DNA of 64,000 bases from Patescibacteria group bacterium. Its GTDB lineage: Bacteria; Patescibacteriota; Patescibacteriia; Patescibacteriales; UBA12465. Below, piece by piece: positions 19,503 through 28,299 of this stretch. Under the pieces are notes generated by a model that did not search any database, had not been told where the DNA came from, and saw only the letters and a list, made by a program, of their open reading frames with translations. The stretch covers positions 82,441 through 146,440 of the forward strand of contig JBAZJR010000003.1 of NCBI GenBank assembly GCA_041651195.1, in the 5' to 3' direction. The translations under genes and the position numbers were made by a program. Position 1 is the stretch's first letter. The number at the start of each line of letters is the position of its first letter.

Positions 19503-20774
19503 ATGTTCGATAAATTAGAGCAAATTTGGAAGGCGAAAGATTTGCGGAATAGCATCCTTTTCGTATTAGCCATGCTGGTGATTTTTCGCTTAGTCGCGCA
19601 CATCCCGGTGCCAGGCGTGAACGCAGTCGCCTTGAAGAATCTTTTCGCCTCCAACCAGATCTTAGGGCTCTTGAACCTGTTCTCCGGCGGCGGCATGGAG
19701 AATTTTTCTTTAGTGATGATGGGCGTCGCCCCCTACATTACTTCTTCCATTATTTTCCAGCTTCTGGGAATGATCTCCCCGAGCATCGAAGAGATGCAGA
19801 AGGAAGAAGCGGGGCGCCAGAAAATAAATATGTGGACCCGTTGGCTGACTGTGCCCTTAGCCTTATTTCAGGCTTACGGCATGATTACCTTATTGCGTCG
19901 CGGTTCAGCCGGCATTTTGGGCGATATCGCCCCATTTGATTTCGGCGTGATGCTGGTGACGATTACGGCTGGTTCGATTTTCTTGATGTGGCTGGGAGAG
20001 CTCATTACTGAGAAGAAGGTCGGTAACGGCATTTCGCTCTTGATTTTCGCCGGCATCGTGGCGGCTTTGCCGACCGCGGTGCAGCGGATCTTTGTCACTT
20101 TTGACCAGACCCAGCTCTTCATGCTGATCGGTTTCGTCGTCATCGGCTTAATTACGGTAGTCGGCGTCGTCGTCATCAACGAAGGGCAGCGCAATATTCC
20201 GGTCCAATACGCCCGTCAGGTCCGGGGCAACCGGACTTTCGGCGGCACGAGCACCCATTTGCCTTTGCGGGTCAATATGGCCGGCGTTATCCCGATTATT
20301 TTCGCGGTTTCCGTAGTCTTATTCCCGTCGATGATCGCCCAGTTCCTGGTTCATGCCAAGACCGCCTGGATCGCTTCAGCTGCCGAGAGCACGATCAGCC
20401 TTTTTAACAATCAATTATTTTATGGCGTGATCTATTTTGTCCTAGTCTTCGCTTTTACCTATTTTTATACGGAAGTAGTCTTCCATCCGGCACAGATCGC
20501 GGAAAATCTCCAGAAGCAGGGCGGCTTTATCCCCGGCATCCGGCCTGGCAAGAATACCAGCGACTATCTGTCAGCGACGACCCATAAGATAATCTTGGTC
20601 GGCGCCCTATTCCTCGGCTTGATCGCGGTCTTGCCGCTCATCATGCGTTATTTCACCGGCATCGAATCCTTGTCCGTGGGCGGGACCAGCCTGCTCATCG
20701 TCGTTTCCGTGGTGATCGAGACCGTCAAGCAGATCGAATCCCAGCTGACCATGCGGGAATACGACGGTTTATAA
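19503..20774 (+). CDS. secY: Preprotein translocase SecY
   Basis: HIPVPGV, MGVAPYITSSII, GNGISLLIFAGI, FIPGIRPG. Confidence 0.99.
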   Translation: MFDKLEQIWKAKDLRNSILFVLAMLVIFRLVAHIPVPGVNAVALKNLFASNQILGLLNLFSGGGMENFSLVMMGVAPYITSSIIFQLLGMISPSIEEMQKEEAGRQKINMWTRWLTVPLALFQAYGMITLLRRGSAGILGDIAPFDFGVMLVTITAGSIFLMWLGELITEKKVGNGISLLIFAGIVAALPTAVQRIFVTFDQTQLFMLIGFVVIGLITVVGVVVINEGQRNIPVQYARQVRGNRTFGGTSTHLPLRVNMAGVIPIIFAVSVVLFPSMIAQFLVHAKTAWIASAAESTISLFNNQLFYGVIYFVLVFAFTYFYTEVVFHPAQIAENLQKQGGFIPGIRPGKNTSDYLSATTHKIILVGALFLGLIAVLPLIMRYFTGIESLSVGGTSLLIVVSVVIETVKQIESQLTMREYDGL

Positions 20775-20801
20775 AATCAGGCATTTTTTATCCCTTATCA
20801 G

Positions 20802-20829
20802 GAAGCCGGCTTTTCTTGCCGGCTTTTTT
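20802..20829 (+). terminator. Intrinsic terminator ending the spc operon
   Basis: AAGCCGGC-ttttctt-GCCGGCTT followed by T tract. Confidence 0.75.
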
Positions 20830-20862
20830 GTAGTATAATAAAGCGGTAATCATAATAATCAT

Positions 20863-21162
20863 ATGGATTTACAAGACATTACTAAGGATATTACCGAACA
20901 GAATAATTATCGGATTGCCCAGCGCATGGAGAAAATGATGCGCGTCAATCCCGGCTACAAGAATCTGAGCGACGCTAACCGCAAGCTTATTTTCGACCTG
21001 ATCAAGAAATATCAGGAGAAAGTGCGCCACGGGATCAAGACTTCGGCCTTGATCGTGCGGGAGGATAAATATCGCCTTTATCAGAATCGTTTCAAGCTCG
21101 GCTTGTCGCCGGCCGATCTGGATCAGATCAATGACTTATTAGATAGTTTTAAAGATTATTAA
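20863..21162 (+). CDS. Hypothetical protein
   Basis: 99-aa helical ORF, first of the cluster leading to map. Confidence 0.7.
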   Translation: MDLQDITKDITEQNNYRIAQRMEKMMRVNPGYKNLSDANRKLIFDLIKKYQEKVRHGIKTSALIVREDKYRLYQNRFKLGLSPADLDQINDLLDSFKDY

Positions 21163-21163
21163 T

Positions 21164-21796
21164 ATGGGCTTAGATATCCTGCCGAAAGGCGGCATCGGCT
21201 TTAAGGCCAGTTCCGGCACCGGCAATTTTAAAGCGAAATTAGATAAGCTGACGCGCAATCAGGGTGGCGAATTCGGCATGCTCCGGAATAACCGGCAGGC
21301 CATCAACGCCGCGATCGCTAAGAAGGCTAGCGCCATTAAGCTCAAGGGAGGATTAAACCGTATGGAACGGAAAAGCGTCCTAGCCGAGATAATGCGGAAC
21401 GATAAGACGATTACGAAGCAGGATAAATATAAAGTAAAAGAGCTTTTGGAGCATTACGCGCGCGATCAGAAAGCCGCAGCGGAGAAAACATTGAAAAAGC
21501 CGGCGGTCAATATGGCTCTGGACGATGCGGAGGCGCCGCCGAAACGCCCGAGTTTCGCCCATGTCAGCAACCCGGATTTCTTTAAAGGAGCGAGTGCTGA
21601 TAATCAGGGACTTGGCCGGGGCTTGGCCGCGCGGAGCGCCATCAATTACAACCGGATGAAGAATCTTGGTTCGGGCGAAGCGGCGCGGAAGCTGCAAGAA
21701 GACGCTTTCGCTAAATTACAGCAGAGTGCCGGCGGCGCTGGACGGCCTGGCCTGGCTCGCGGATCGAGCCTCGGCCCGCTTAAATTATTGAAATAA
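21164..21796 (+). CDS. Hypothetical basic protein
   Basis: 210-aa Lys/Arg/Gly-rich ORF with 1-3 bp spacing to neighbours. Confidence 0.7.
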   Translation: MGLDILPKGGIGFKASSGTGNFKAKLDKLTRNQGGEFGMLRNNRQAINAAIAKKASAIKLKGGLNRMERKSVLAEIMRNDKTITKQDKYKVKELLEHYARDQKAAAEKTLKKPAVNMALDDAEAPPKRPSFAHVSNPDFFKGASADNQGLGRGLAARSAINYNRMKNLGSGEAARKLQEDAFAKLQQSAGGAGRPGLARGSSLGPLKLLK

Positions 21797-21799
21797 ATT

Positions 21800-22630
21800 A
21801 TGATCCGTCTTAAGACCACGGAAGAAATCAGAATCATCAGAGAAGGCGGCCGACGTTTGGCCGCTATTTTGACGCGCCTCTTAGCCGAAGTTAAGCCGGG
21901 CGTCCGGACCGATTATCTGGAAGATCTGGCTAACCAGCTGATTACGTCCGCTGGCGGCTATTCCGCTTTCAAGGATTATCCGATGGGCGGTGGCATATTT
22001 TTCCCGTCTACGCTTTGTGTTTCGATCAATGATGAAGTGGTGCATGGTGCCGCCTTGCCGCCTCGTCTTATCCGAGAGGGGGATATTGTCGATCTGGATA
22101 TCGGTATGGAATGGCCGGTGACATCGGCGGCGCGCGCCGCCGTTCAAGCGCCGCTTAATCCCTTTTCTAAACGGGGCGGATTTTTTACGGATATGTGCGC
22201 CACAGTCGGCGCCGGGCCAGTCAGCGCGTCGGCGAAAAAGCTCTTGCAGACGGCGCGGGAATGCTTAGAGCTCGGCATCCAGGCCGCCCAGCCGGGTAAT
22301 ACTTTGAATGATATCGCCCGAGCGGTCCAAGGGCACGCGGAAAAGCGCGGCTATGGCGTGGTGCGCGACCTGGTCGGCCATGGCGTCGGCTACTTTGCCC
22401 ACGAGCAGCCGGACGTCTTTAATTTCGTGATCAAGGAAAAATCTCCGGAAAATTTAGTCCTTAAGCCGGGAATGGTGTTGGCTATAGAACCAATGATCAA
22501 TCTGGGCGATTGGCCGGTTAAAACCGCGGATAATGACTTTACGGTCTTGACGGCCGATGGCAGCCTGAGCGCGCATTTTGAACATACGGTCGCCGTGACT
22601 GAACAGGGTCCGGAAATATTAACGCGATAA
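21800..22630 (+). CDS. map: Methionine aminopeptidase type I (with ~20-aa insertion)
   Basis: CVSINDEVVHG, GHGVG..HEQP, AIEPMIN, SAHFEHTV. Confidence 0.96.
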   Translation: MIRLKTTEEIRIIREGGRRLAAILTRLLAEVKPGVRTDYLEDLANQLITSAGGYSAFKDYPMGGGIFFPSTLCVSINDEVVHGAALPPRLIREGDIVDLDIGMEWPVTSAARAAVQAPLNPFSKRGGFFTDMCATVGAGPVSASAKKLLQTARECLELGIQAAQPGNTLNDIARAVQGHAEKRGYGVVRDLVGHGVGYFAHEQPDVFNFVIKEKSPENLVLKPGMVLAIEPMINLGDWPVKTADNDFTVLTADGSLSAHFEHTVAVTEQGPEILTR

Positions 22631-22631
22631 T

Positions 22632-23015
22632 ATGGATAAGATCAAAAAATATCTTGGTATCGATTGGGGAGAAAAACGGATCGGGCTTGCGACCGCGGAC
22701 GAGGAAGTCCGCTTGGCCCTGCCTTTAAAGACCGTCGCCAGCCTGGCGGAAGTCTTAAGCGCGATTAATGAAGAAGAGGCGGATGTCATCGTTTTGGGAG
22801 CGCCGCAAAAAATGAGCGGCGCAGCGGCCGACAATCCGTTGTGGCGGGATTTTTTGTCCCAACTCAAAGAGCGGAGCGGCCGGACAGTCGTCTTGGCCGA
22901 TGAACGTTTGACCAGCCAGGCCGCTGATTCTTTGGAGGGAAGCGCCGCGGAAAAAGCGGAGCGCGACGAGATCGCTGCTACCCTGATTTTGCAGGATTAT
23001 TTAGATCAGAATTAA
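22632..23015 (+). CDS. yqgF: YqgF/RuvX pre-16S rRNA nuclease / resolvase-like
   Basis: LGIDWGEKRIGLA, DERLTS, DEIAATLILQDYL. Confidence 0.93.
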   Translation: MDKIKKYLGIDWGEKRIGLATADEEVRLALPLKTVASLAEVLSAINEEEADVIVLGAPQKMSGAAADNPLWRDFLSQLKERSGRTVVLADERLTSQAADSLEGSAAEKAERDEIAATLILQDYLDQN

Positions 23016-23016
23016 T

Positions 23017-23760
23017 ATGGACGGAACCAAGAATACGGTTGCCTTGATCTTGAACCGCCAGTTATATCGCGAGCACGATTCGCTCGTGACAGCCTATACG
23101 CCGGATTACGGCAAGCTCAGCCTGGTGGCGCGTGGTGCCCAGAAATTAGGGTCCAAGCTGGCCGGGCACATTGAGCCTTTGACCATGGCCGATATCATGA
23201 TTATCCCCGGTAAGGGTTTTGATTATGTCGGGAGCGCGGTTAGTCGGAACGTCTATACGTCTATCCGCCAGGATTTGAATAAGCTCTATTATGCCGGTCA
23301 AGCTTTGCAGATTTTGCATCAGCGAGTTAAAGAAAATCAGGCGGACGCACCGTTGTTTTTTTTAATATCCGAGTGGCTCGACATCTTGGACGCAAGGACC
23401 TGTTGCCGAGCGGATCAGGGGGAATTGTTACTGTCTTTTTTTATCTGGCGCTTGATGGCGGAATTAGGTTATCAGCCGGAATTATACCGGTGCTTGGATT
23501 GCCATCGGCCGATCAGCCCCGGACAGAATTATTTTCATTTGTTAAAGGGCGGACTGATCTGCCTTAATTGTTTCGAGGCTGAAAAAGGGGCGCCGGATTT
23601 TAATGGTAATTATTTATTGACAATTTCTGATAATTGTGTTAAGATATTGAGATTTATTATGGAAAAAAATTTTTTACAATTGGAAAAGCTGAGAATAGAA
23701 ACAAAATTAGCCAAAGAATCACTTAAATTAGCTAAAAGTTTCCAGAGTTTCCATATCTGA
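23017..23760 (+). CDS. recO: DNA repair protein RecO
   Basis: YREHDSLVTAYTPDYGKLSLVARG; CxxC...CxxC zinc finger. Confidence 0.92.
   Translation: MDGTKNTVALILNRQLYREHDSLVTAYTPDYGKLSLVARGAQKLGSKLAGHIEPLTMADIMIIPGKGFDYVGSAVSRNVYTSIRQDLNKLYYAGQALQILHQRVKENQADAPLFFLISEWLDILDARTCCRADQGELLLSFFIWRLMAELGYQPELYRCLDCHRPISPGQNYFHLLKGGLICLNCFEAEKGAPDFNGNYLLTISDNCVKILRFIMEKNFLQLEKLRIETKLAKESLKLAKSFQSFHI
23617..23645 (+). promoter_or_regulatory. sigma70 promoter embedded in the recO 3' end
   Basis: TTGACA-17bp-TAAGAT with TGn. Confidence 0.55.
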
Positions 23761-23831
23761 AATATTTTTGTTTTTTAGTTAAAGTATGATATTATCTAAA
23801 CTGTAACGCTATCATTAAGTTTAGAGATTAT

Positions 23832-24008
23832 ATGACTCCTCCTAAGAATATAAGACAATCATTACGGGAAATAGAGCGTATTTTTCAGGCGACCATGAAG
23901 AAGATAGACAGCCTGCATCAGGAAAAGATGGCGCTGATTAAGCATTATTATGATTTAGAGAGCAAGGAAAGCTTAGAAAAAATAAGGCGGCATATTAAGA
24001 AGGACTGA
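23832..24008 (+). CDS. Small coiled-coil protein A (58 aa, not in ORF track)
   Basis: MTPPKNIRQSLREIERIFQATMKKIDSLHQEKMALIKHYYDLESKESLEKIRRHIKKD; ungapped similarity to 28081..28260. Confidence 0.75.
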   Translation: MTPPKNIRQSLREIERIFQATMKKIDSLHQEKMALIKHYYDLESKESLEKIRRHIKKD

Positions 24009-24030
24009 CCTGGTCGGTCCTTTTTATTTT
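23998..24030 (+). terminator. Terminator-like hairpin after small protein A
   Basis: AAGGACTGACC-t-GGTCGGTCCTT followed by T tract. Confidence 0.55.
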
Positions 24031-24048
24031 TAAATCGCCATCAATTTT

Positions 24049-24393
24049 ATGTTCAACCCATTTTCGCACCAATCGGCTGGCGCAGACTCTTTAGAAAATT
24101 TAGCCGAAGAAGTTATCAAGCAGTCCGGCTTAGAAGGCTTGCCGGCCGGTGATCACAAATTTCTCAAAGATAATCTGATCGCCCAATTGGAAAGACGTCT
24201 GGGGCAGATAATGGCCGCTAATTTAGGTGAAGACGGCCTGGCTGATTATGAGCAATTGCTAGCCGAAGGACCGACCGCGGATCCGGCAAAGTTTGAAGCT
24301 CTGATGAATAAATATTCACCAAACTACCAGGCTAAGGTTAAGGCCGGCTTGGATGAGTTTATTCCGCAAATGGTGGAGAGTTTGAGGAAATAG
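24049..24393 (+). CDS. DUF5663-like small helical protein, copy 1
   Basis: Acidic helical 114 aa; aligns with 27765..28073 (SLE..., PN....V...L.EF). Confidence 0.7.
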   Translation: MFNPFSHQSAGADSLENLAEEVIKQSGLEGLPAGDHKFLKDNLIAQLERRLGQIMAANLGEDGLADYEQLLAEGPTADPAKFEALMNKYSPNYQAKVKAGLDEFIPQMVESLRK

Positions 24394-24420
24394 CTTCTTA
24401 CTTATTTAAATTACAAACAT

Positions 24421-27400
24421 ATGACTGGAATAATAGAGAATAAAGGTCATAAGCTTGACAGCGAAAAAGCGGCCGAACTTATTCAGCAGTCTGCCGAAGT
24501 TGAGAATGTCGAAATGCCGGAAAGCTTGGAGCAGACAGCCCAGAAAAAAATAGACGACATTAATCAGACAGCTCTTAGTCAAGAAAAAATAGAAGATCAG
24601 GCTTCCGGGGGAATCTCGTCGCCGGATTTTTCGCCGGCGGCTGAAAAAATCGACGCTCAGCGGGTTGCCGCTATTACCGTTGGCACCGAAAATATAGAAT
24701 CGGTTGCCCAGGGCAATAGTCCTCTTTCGGCAGAAACAGCTAAAAAAGAACCTGAGCCGAAAAAAGTGACAGAATCCCAGTTGAAGTCTGATTTGGAGGC
24801 AATCAAAGATTATCATAATCAGATTAAAGAATTAACCAGCAAGAAACGCGGCAATTACCAAAAAGATAAGATTATTGTGGATCAGATTCACACAATCAAA
24901 GGCAAGCTAGAGGCAGAGTTCGGTTTGGATAAGTATTCGCCCTCTTTCAATGTCATGAGCAAGGCCTATCAGGAAAATATCAATGTAATTCCCGATGAGC
25001 CAGAATCAGGACCGGTCGCAACAGCCGACTCGCTGTCTAAGATGGGCCGGCAAGATTTGGAAAATATCAAGATCAAAGAAGGGAAAATCCAGGGAGTCGA
25101 GTATAAAGAATTAAAATATGCCCGAGAGAATTTACAAGAGGAATTATCATCCTTGGTAGAATCATTAGTATCAACAAAAATAAATAATGATTTTGAAGGC
25201 AGAATAGAGGCTTTGGCTAATAAGACCGGTTTGAGCCCGGAAGCCCTCAGAGAGATCTGCCAGGATCAGGAAGCAGCTATTGTTGCTGAAGCCAAAGGAG
25301 AATTAAGCAAGAACAGCGGTTTTTGGAAAAAGGCAGCTAATATAGGAATCACCTCTTCGGTTTATATCGGCGCCGGTATATTAGCCGGGACTTCAATCGC
25401 CGCGACTTTGGGTCTCGGCGGCTTGGCCGGCATGTCGATAATCGGCGGAGCCAGAATCGTCGATCGCTCAATTCGCGAATATATCGGAAAGAATAAGCTC
25501 GATAAAAAAGTAGCGGAAATAAAAGGCTATAAGACCGAGGCGGACAAGACAGCTTTGCAGGATCGTCTGGCCGCAGCCATCAGCTTGAAGAAGACTCTGG
25601 AGATAGATCGGGTCGACTTGAAAGATCAGGAAGCGCGCGCCAAGCTTATTGATAATTATATTGATGAACAAGCCGCGGCCGGCCTGTCGCCGGTCCAGCC
25701 AGAAGAACTAGCCGGCTATAAGGAGAAGATGGCCAGGATACTTAACGGTTTAGACGATATTGATCGTCTAAATGATCAGCAGGAGCAAAAGCTTAATAAA
25801 TCAGGTATATTAGGCAAGCTCCAAAAGGTTGAAAAATTTATTTCCGGCGATTCCGCGGCCGGTCGAACCAGTACCGCCGCCGTCTTTGTCGGCTTAGGCT
25901 TTGTTGCCAGACAGGTCCCGATAGTGCGCCAAGTATTGGCCGGTTATGCCGGTTATCGTTTCGGCGCAGTGATAGGTGATTCGATTTTGGACAGGAAGAA
26001 AAAAGGTTTGGCGGAAAATACAGACGGGGCAGTCACGGCTGAAAATTATGCGACGCTGCGTCAGCGGTTGCTGGATCAGGATTTCCAGAAGAGCAAGCCG
26101 GAAGAATTCATTAAATTGCGGCAGGCAGTAGCGGCTTTTGAAGATCAACAAGCGACATCGGCCGATGGGCATAAGTTGTCTGAATTAAATGAACAGCTGC
26201 AAGATGGACTGCTTAAGAGTCAGGAAAAGAGCGCCTACAAGAAGCTCAAGAAATTCGCTTTCCGGGCCGGCGGCGCCGTCTTGGGCGCCATAGGCGGGGA
26301 AGCCTTGCATGATGTATTAAGCCATAAGCCGACGGCTGGCGGCGGCAATATGGTTGAAACCGCCAACGCTAAGGGGAGTCTTAAGGGAGTGAGCGTTGAT
26401 GATATCCTCAGCCGCGGACAAAAAGGGGTTATAGAGACGGTGCGCATGGATGAGGCTGTTGCTGATGCCTCTAGTTCTAAAGGCAGCGTAGATGTCGATG
26501 AGATGTTGGCGCGCAGCCAGCAAAGTGATTACGTATCTCCAGAAAATAATATTCCCAGCAGCGATAAATCGCATTTATTCGAAGATGTTGTGTCCAATAA
26601 GGATCTTAAACCTGGCCAGCATGATTCGCTTTGGCGTTCCACTGAACAGATTTTCAAGAATCATGCCTCGGAGCTGGGCTATAAAGGTGATATGAGCGAC
26701 AAAACCGCTCTGGAACACTGGGCGCAGGGTCAGACGGCCAAGACCTTAAATAATTCCGGTGATCTGTTGGACAAGGTTTATGAGGGTAATAAGATAATTA
26801 TAGAACAAGATGAAACCGGCAATTATCGTATTCATGTTGAACAAGGGGAAGGTCTTGAACCTGGTCATTTGGAACATCCGGTTAAATCCGGTGGCGCGAA
26901 TTTAGATGAAAATATGGTAAAAGGCAGCTCTAAATATGACGCTGAAGAAATCGCTAGGAATTTGAAAGATAGAGCTTTCGATCCAAGCGGCCGAAACCCG
27001 TATGATATTAATACCGGCCTCCATCATGATCCGATGGCGGTAGAAGCGGGAAGCGCCGATTCGGGGACTCATGATCTTGGCGACGAGCTACATGAAATGA
27101 ATAAAACCCTGCATGGCCAGACCGATATCAAATCTCCGCTTTATCCCGATCCTTTCTCCTTTTCTGCCGAGCAAGCCGTCCATCCGGTTGAGCATCCTTC
27201 CCCACACGTTGATCATTCTGTCTCTGGCGGGAAGGGGACAGAGTCTGATATTAAGGTAGATAAGCCGGTCGAGGTCATACCGCCCAAGAATCAGTCGCTA
27301 GTAGAGAATTTAGAAGGATCCGGTGGCGGCAATAAGACTATTGATTCTATTGCGGCGCTGAAAGATATGCCTAATGGCGCGAAGATACCGGTCGGCGAGC

Positions 27401-27678
27401 TGACTCTAGTTAAGCAGGATAATCGTTATAATTTTACTAATGCCCAAGGAGAGACGATTAAGATGACTATCAATAAATTTGGCGGATTCGGCCAGAATGA
27501 TAGATTTGGCATCATCAGAGATGGCCGCATTTTAGATGGCAAATTATTGTCTGAGGCAATCCCTCTCAAACAGACGATTTATAATAATCTGCCTGATAAG
27601 CAATCGGCTTTAGCTAAGGAATTGCTGGAGGAGATAGCTAAAAATAAGGAAGAGGTAGAATTTTTATCAGGATTTTAA
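24421..27678 (+). CDS. Large coiled-coil protein with Gly/Ala-rich hydrophobic segments (putative effector/surface protein 1)
   Basis: 1085 aa; hydrophobic stretches near residues 305-345, 485-520 and 612-630; no N-terminal signal peptide seen. Confidence 0.8.
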   Translation: MTGIIENKGHKLDSEKAAELIQQSAEVENVEMPESLEQTAQKKIDDINQTALSQEKIEDQASGGISSPDFSPAAEKIDAQRVAAITVGTENIESVAQGNSPLSAETAKKEPEPKKVTESQLKSDLEAIKDYHNQIKELTSKKRGNYQKDKIIVDQIHTIKGKLEAEFGLDKYSPSFNVMSKAYQENINVIPDEPESGPVATADSLSKMGRQDLENIKIKEGKIQGVEYKELKYARENLQEELSSLVESLVSTKINNDFEGRIEALANKTGLSPEALREICQDQEAAIVAEAKGELSKNSGFWKKAANIGITSSVYIGAGILAGTSIAATLGLGGLAGMSIIGGARIVDRSIREYIGKNKLDKKVAEIKGYKTEADKTALQDRLAAAISLKKTLEIDRVDLKDQEARAKLIDNYIDEQAAAGLSPVQPEELAGYKEKMARILNGLDDIDRLNDQQEQKLNKSGILGKLQKVEKFISGDSAAGRTSTAAVFVGLGFVARQVPIVRQVLAGYAGYRFGAVIGDSILDRKKKGLAENTDGAVTAENYATLRQRLLDQDFQKSKPEEFIKLRQAVAAFEDQQATSADGHKLSELNEQLQDGLLKSQEKSAYKKLKKFAFRAGGAVLGAIGGEALHDVLSHKPTAGGGNMVETANAKGSLKGVSVDDILSRGQKGVIETVRMDEAVADASSSKGSVDVDEMLARSQQSDYVSPENNIPSSDKSHLFEDVVSNKDLKPGQHDSLWRSTEQIFKNHASELGYKGDMSDKTALEHWAQGQTAKTLNNSGDLLDKVYEGNKIIIEQDETGNYRIHVEQGEGLEPGHLEHPVKSGGANLDENMVKGSSKYDAEEIARNLKDRAFDPSGRNPYDINTGLHHDPMAVEAGSADSGTHDLGDELHEMNKTLHGQTDIKSPLYPDPFSFSAEQAVHPVEHPSPHVDHSVSGGKGTESDIKVDKPVEVIPPKNQSLVENLEGSGGGNKTIDSIAALKDMPNGAKIPVGELTLVKQDNRYNFTNAQGETIKMTINKFGGFGQNDRFGIIRDGRILDGKLLSEAIPLKQTIYNNLPDKQSALAKELLEEIAKNKEEVEFLSGF

Positions 27679-27699
27679 TTTCTGATTATTAAGCCGCTG

Positions 27700-27708
27700 T
27701 GCTATAAT
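27700..27708 (+). promoter_or_regulatory. Extended -10 promoter for module 2
   Basis: TGCTATAAT ~55 bp upstream of 27765. Confidence 0.5.
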
Positions 27709-27764
27709 AATTAAGAATATAATTAAGTAAATTTTTCGATCCAAAGGACGAAAATATTATCAAT

Positions 27765-28073
27765 ATGACTAACAATAACTTTTCTCCGTCGCTAGAGCAG
27801 TTCGTTAGCCGTTTGTTGGAAGAAAAAAAACTGGTGAGTCTAGAGCTGGAGGTCCTTAAGCAGGCTAAAGAGGATCTCTTAAGCAAGGCTGAGGATAAAG
27901 TTAAGGCGGCGATTTTTGATAATATCCCAGGAGATAAATTAGAGGAGTTCAGCCGTGTGATGGAAGCGAATGATGAGGCGAAATTACAGTCTTTTATCCA
28001 GGCGGCCGTACCCAATTTGGAGCAGGTAGTCGCCCAAGCCTTGCTGGAATTCCGTACCGCCTATTTAGGCTAA
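27765..28073 (+). CDS. DUF5663-like small helical protein, copy 2
   Basis: 102 aa; LEQFVSRLLEEK...FIQAAVPNLEQVVAQALLEFRTAYLG. Confidence 0.75.
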   Translation: MTNNNFSPSLEQFVSRLLEEKKLVSLELEVLKQAKEDLLSKAEDKVKAAIFDNIPGDKLEEFSRVMEANDEAKLQSFIQAAVPNLEQVVAQALLEFRTAYLG

Positions 28074-28080
28074 GCGCCGT

Positions 28081-28260
28081 ATGCCTTTATCAAATAGTGA
28101 TAAAATTAAATTAATTAACGATATCTATCGGGATTTTTCATCTAAAGTCCGATCGATCGAGGCGGAACGCGATCAGAAGATAAATTCGCTCCTCCGGGAC
28201 GACGACCAAGCTCAGATCGCGCAAATTAGGCGTGATTTATCGATAAAGATCAAAGATTAG
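28081..28260 (+). CDS. Small coiled-coil protein B (59 aa, not in ORF track)
   Basis: MPLSNSDKIKLINDIYRDFSSKVRSIEAERDQKINSLLRDDDQAQIAQIRRDLSIKIKD; paralog of 23832..24008. Confidence 0.75.
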   Translation: MPLSNSDKIKLINDIYRDFSSKVRSIEAERDQKINSLLRDDDQAQIAQIRRDLSIKIKD

Positions 28261-28299
28261 TCCGGTCCCCTAGTTTAGCACCGGATTTTATTTAAATAT

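Noticed and set aside
5056-20194. Many antisense and alternate-frame ORFs over ribosomal and translation genes (e.g. 7326..7925, 15922..16644, 17750..18337)
   Set aside because: Shadow ORFs produced by codon bias of highly conserved genes; no independent signals
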